From contig NC_042997.1 in assembly GCF_006345805.1 (NCBI RefSeq), positions 33,790,001 through 33,854,000 on the forward strand: a stretch of DNA of 64,000 nt, written 5' to 3'. Of the stretch, positions 59,829 through 64,000 are shown piece by piece. The translations under genes and the position numbers were made by a program. Under the pieces are notes generated by a model. The model was not told where the DNA came from and did no database searches. It saw only the letters and a program-made list of their open reading frames with translations. Origin of the DNA: Octopus sinensis. Taxonomy: Eukaryota. Each line of letters begins with the position of its first letter. Within the stretch, counting starts at the first letter, position 1.

Positions 59829-60240
59829 AGGGCAGTGAGCTAACAGACCATTGGACAAAATGCTTTGCAGTATTTTTTTCTGGCGGCGAGCTGGCAGAAA
59901 CGTTAGCACGCCGGGCGAAATGCGTAACCGTATTTCGTCTGCCGTTACGTTCTGAGTTCAAATTCCACCGAGGTTGACTTTGCCTTTCATCTTTTCGGGG
60001 TCGATTAAATAAGTACCAGTTACGCACTGGGGTCGATATAATTGACTTAGTTCGTTTGTCTGTTCTTGTTTGTCCTCTCTGTGTTTAACCCCTTGTGGGT
60101 AATAAAGAAATAGGTATTTTTTTTCTGGTGTTTTACATTCTGAGTTTAATCCTGTTAAAGTCAACTTCACTGTTCGTCCTTTTGAAGTCAATAAAATAAA
60201 GTACCTGTCAAGTACCAGCTCAATGTCATCAGCAAACGAC
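59829..60240 (+). mobile_element. Old SINE-B with a young SINE-B (59882-60112) nested at its internal gtattt site
   Basis: TSD gtatttttttct at 59870-59881 and 60114-60126 (one T difference). Confidence 0.85.
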
Positions 60241-60470
60241 CCCTCCCATCAAAGTTGCTGGCCTTCTCCCTAAATTAGAAGCCATTGTTCTACAGGGACT
60301 TTGTTATTTTCTTTTAAAGACAGTGGGGTGTGATTTGAGAGAGATTTGGCAGTTATTTCTAGGAGATTGAGTGACTGTTTGTTTGTACTTGAGCGAACTC
60401 AGTGAGTTTGAGAAATGTGAGAGGACTGTGACAAGATTAAGGAGTGTGACAAAGAGAAAAATATTATACA

Positions 60471-60887
60471 CTAGCTGGCCCCGAGCTGTCAAAAATGATA
60501 TCTACCTGTATTTTATATATAAATAAGGTACAAAATAATCACAGATACAAACATTCACATACTTCCCTTCTACACCTCACGCATATACTCACACAGAGTT
60601 GAAACACTGTTTGATTTTTCTTTTCAGCATTGAATGTTCACCATTCCACTTCTATTGCACACAGACACACATGCACACACACATTCACATAACTCCCTTT
60701 TACATACACACACATCTATGCTCACAAAGTTGAAATGCTGCTTGATTTTTTTTGTTCACCGTAGAACTTCCATCATCCCACTACCAAGTTTGCCGTCACC
60801 CCTTCCTTGCTTATTCATCTATCACCCCTTCCTTTCTCATTCATATGTTGTGATGGAGAAATACACAAGGGTATTATTATAGTAGAT
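60471..60887 (+). mobile_element. Helitron-type element (family of 16195)
   Basis: ctagctggccccgag start; internal duplicated gagttgaaacactgtttgattt; end gtattattatagtagat. Confidence 0.6.
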
Positions 60888-61134
60888 ATTACTGTGAGGA
60901 GAAGAGGAGACAAGAGGGATTGAATAATTGAGAAAATAAATAAATATAACAGAGGCAGTATTTAAGAAGATGAAAGGGATGATAGAGAAAGGGTGAGAGA
61001 GAAAGAGAGGTGATGTGGCAGATCAAAAGATTGTTGTTACTGAGTCTTAGTTTAGCCTTGATTGTGCAAATTAGGGATCAAAATCATTCCACCTGGGACC
61101 ATCTTAATAGAAAAGCTAAAGGTTACCTTCTTGA

Positions 61135-61367
61135 GTCATGCTGATTCATAAGGGTCATTTTCCAGGTTTCTATGGCGTATATATTCCGCTCCTGGATGGG
61201 ATGCTCGTCTCTCGCAGGATTACTCATTTTTGCCAGCTGAGTGGACTGGAGAAACATAAAATGAAGTGTTTTGCTCCAGAATGCAATGCATCACCTGGTC
61301 CAGGAATTGAAACCACAATCTTATGATTATGAGTCCAACACCCTAACCACTAAGCCATATACCTCCA
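61135..61367 (-). mobile_element. SINE-F
   Basis: Minus: ggaggtatatggcttagtggttagggtgttggactc...gtttcaattcc; same body as 1978-2118. Confidence 0.75.
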
Positions 61368-62264
61368 CTGGGACCATCTTAGGCATAATGTTTCTAGTGG
61401 AGGACTTAACATTACCCAGTTAATCTTTTTTTTTTTTTGTTTCTTTTTAAATGTTTCACAGGGTATGATTGGAGGAAGATCTTGCTGCTATTTCTAAGAC
61501 AAATCGAGAGATTTGACCTCATAAATGCATCTTCATTGTCTTGAAAATAAAGTCATTGAAAGAAGCGTGTTGCAAAGATAGATATGAACTAATAACCGCA
61601 CGTGGTTATTTTGCTCCAGTGCAGAGACGCTGTAGAAGGGTACAAATATCCACTGCTGGGAATTGTACACCGGTTAAGTGTTAGGTCTTTATCTTGCATT
61701 GATAAGCTCAGTTGTATAGTCCCATGGGTCCCTGAAGAAGAAGAAGAAGAAGAAAGAAAGCTTGTAAAAGACTGGCACATCTAGGGGGAGAATTATCTCT
61801 CATTTGATTAATACCGTAACAAAATATGATAGGCACCAGTACTCTGTGACACCTGATCTTGGCAATGGTTAATGAAAAGGAAAAGAATGAAAGATAGAAA
61901 GAAAGAAACAGAAACATTCTTGTAAATTGCTTTTATTTTTTCATAAATTTTCTTTCCATTTTATGTAAATTTCCTAAGGGGAAGTCGAAATATTTATCTA
62001 TTTATATTTGTTAAAAAGGAAAAAAATGTCAAAATAATTTTCATGAATAAATGCTTGTTTTTTTTTATTTTATTGAAATATTAATCCAAAGTAAATCAAA
62101 CTGACAGATATTTTTGCCCTGACTGACTTCAACATTGCTTATTCTATAGCAGTGTCCTTTAAACTTCATCATACATATTCCTACCAAAATTTTGAATCAG
62201 CAATTTTCAATTATTTTTCTGCTTCCCTCCTCTCTCCAAAATGTTATGCATATATACATACACA

Positions 62265-62296
<32 letters not shown>

Positions 62297-62544
62297 CACA
62301 CACTCATATATATATTATATTTTTAGAGAATTACTTTATTTAATATGAAGTAAATCCGATTTATTTCTAAACTGTACCTATTATTTTATGCACATAAAAT
62401 ACACACACATCATTATCATCATTATTTTTACATCTAGTTTTCCATGGTGGTATTGGCTAGGCATGATTTGTTGAGGCAGATTTTCTATGGTAGGATGCTC
62501 TTCCTGTCTACAACCTTTACTTGTTTTACTAGTTATGTGTTATT

Positions 62545-62612
62545 TTTTTTATTCTATTTTTTTTTATTCTATTTTTTTTATTCTATTTTTTTTATTCTAT
62601 TTTTTTTTATTC
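62545..62612. repeat. Short tandem repeat (ttttttttattcta) x5
   Basis: Direct inspection. Confidence 0.9.
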
Positions 62613-62950
62613 AAAGCTGCCGAACCATGTGAGTCTGCTGAAGAATGTAAACAATGTCAGTTTTTTTGCTCGAATGGGGTTAATGGAAATATTATTTAGA
62701 ATCAACATTTATACATGCATGCACATGACAAGTTTCCACAGTTTCTGCTTGTCAGTTTCACTCACAAGGCATTGGTCAGCTGAGGCTATAATAGAAGATG
62801 CTTGTACAAGGTGGTTACTCAACCCCAAACCATCTGGCTATGAAACGAACTTTAGATCCATAGACTTATGCCTATACACACACACATACACACACAAATA
62901 CACACGTGTATATGTGTTTGCATGCACATGTGTATATCTGTTCACATTTT

Positions 62951-63126
62951 GTCTGTCGTTATGTTCTGAGTTCAAATTCCGCCGAGGTCGACTTTGCCTT
63001 TCATCCTTTCGGGGTCGATAAATTAAGTACCAGTTACGCACTGGGGTCGATGTAATCGACTTAATCCATTTGTCTGTCCTTGTTTGTCCCCTCTATGTTT
63101 GGCCCCTTGTAGGCAATAAAGAAATA
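62951..63126 (+). mobile_element. 5'-truncated SINE-B with a 17-bp TSD
   Basis: tatatctgttcacattt 62933-49 and tacatctgttcacattt 63127-43. Confidence 0.88.
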
Positions 63127-63364
63127 TACATCTGTTCACATTTGTGCTTGCTTCTCTGAAAATTGCAGTCTCTGAGTAGTGGTGTTGCCAGTTCTCTCAT
63201 CAACAAATCTACATGCTTTGTGCTTTCAAAGCCACACCAAATAAAAAATCCCTTACTTAAAAAAACAGGTAAAGGTTACTAACAGGAAAGGTCTAGAAAA
63301 ACAGATATAGAAACAAACAAATGTAAATGAACAAATATATGTGTTTGTTGTATTTAGTTTTGTC

Positions 63365-63592
63365 CCTAACTTTTTAGCATTTAAATTGGCCACATCCGGC
63401 TCAAATATTCTCTCTATTCTGTGTTCAAACCAGCTAGATCTATTCTCTGACACCTACCCTACAATATCATTCTAAAAGTATACAATCACATCATTGAAAT
63501 TTTATAGCTATGAGATAATGCATAATTAACTAAAAGCAATGTAAATGAATAAGTATTACATTTAACTGAATAATTTGAATGCTGAAGGTTTA
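63365..63592. mobile_element. TTAA-type MITE, decayed
   Basis: ctaactttttagcatttaaattggcc...tgctgaaggttta; body shared with 34381 and 13325. Confidence 0.6.
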
Positions 63593-63819
63593 TACACTCT
63601 GATTTCAAACTCCCCCTTGGGAGTTGATAAAACAAACAGCCCTGTATATATATATTAGAGCCAAACTGAAATTATGTCACAATTTCAGAACTCTTTGAGA
63701 TTGTTTGTGTGTTGGTTTAATATTCTGGTCTACTGAGTACATGGTTATGAATGAAATTTTACTGCTACATCTATTGTGTTGCACTCTTGAGCAAGATACT
63801 TAACTCTTCTTGTAGCTAA

Positions 63820-64000
63820 GGCGGCGAGCTGGCAGAAACGTTAGCCCACCGGGTGAAATGTGTAGCCGTATTTTGTCTGTCGTTACGTTCTGAGTTCAAA
63901 TTCCGCCAAGGTCGACTTTGCCTTTCATCCTTTCGGGGTTGATAAATAAAGTACCAGTTTCGCACTGGGGTCGATGTAATCGACTTAATTCCTTTGTCTG
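63820..64000 (+). mobile_element. SINE-B running off the window end
   Basis: ggcggcgagctggcagaaacgttagc...gagttcaaattcc. Confidence 0.9.

Noticed and set aside
62613-62699. Cys-rich peptide AEPCESAEECKQCQFFCSNG resembling an integrin beta tail or LDLa
   Set aside because: The pyrimidine tract comes from a tandem repeat, the segment lies between parts of a decayed SINE, and it hits a stop without a good donor

Overview
AT-rich, microsatellite-dense animal DNA. The repeat families I recognise are most consistent with an octopod (Octopus-like) genome; this is an inference from repeat recognition, not a database hit. I found no intact protein-coding gene. The long ORFs in the track are translations of microsatellites or SINEs, and the recognisable protein fragments are decayed retrotransposons: RTE-clade pieces and an R4/Dong-like RT with RGIFQGDSLSPLL and MDDL motifs. 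The window is built from tRNA-derived SINEs (my labels A, B, C, E, F), an RTE-derived (GAT)n-tailed family (D), non-autonomous Helitron/Helentron elements, and TTAA, Tigger and hAT MITEs. The most striking signal is a recurring architecture: a (TA)n tract, a short inverted copy, a tiny loop, a longer copy, and often a second (TA)n tract. Several of these carry hammerhead-ribozyme cores. The best case, 49990-50527, is a 192-bp-arm foldback with a complete minimal type-I hammerhead at 50241-50339, the hallmark of Penelope-like pseudo-LTRs. Other notable structures are a non-canonical hammerhead variant present in two copies, a speculative HDV-like fold in the 67-bp unit of family D, a 10-unit ~163-bp array spaced by (AAT)n, self-targeting and multimerising SINE-B insertions, and a 1.11-kb tandem duplication with patchy divergence. 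All alignments and counts were done by eye.
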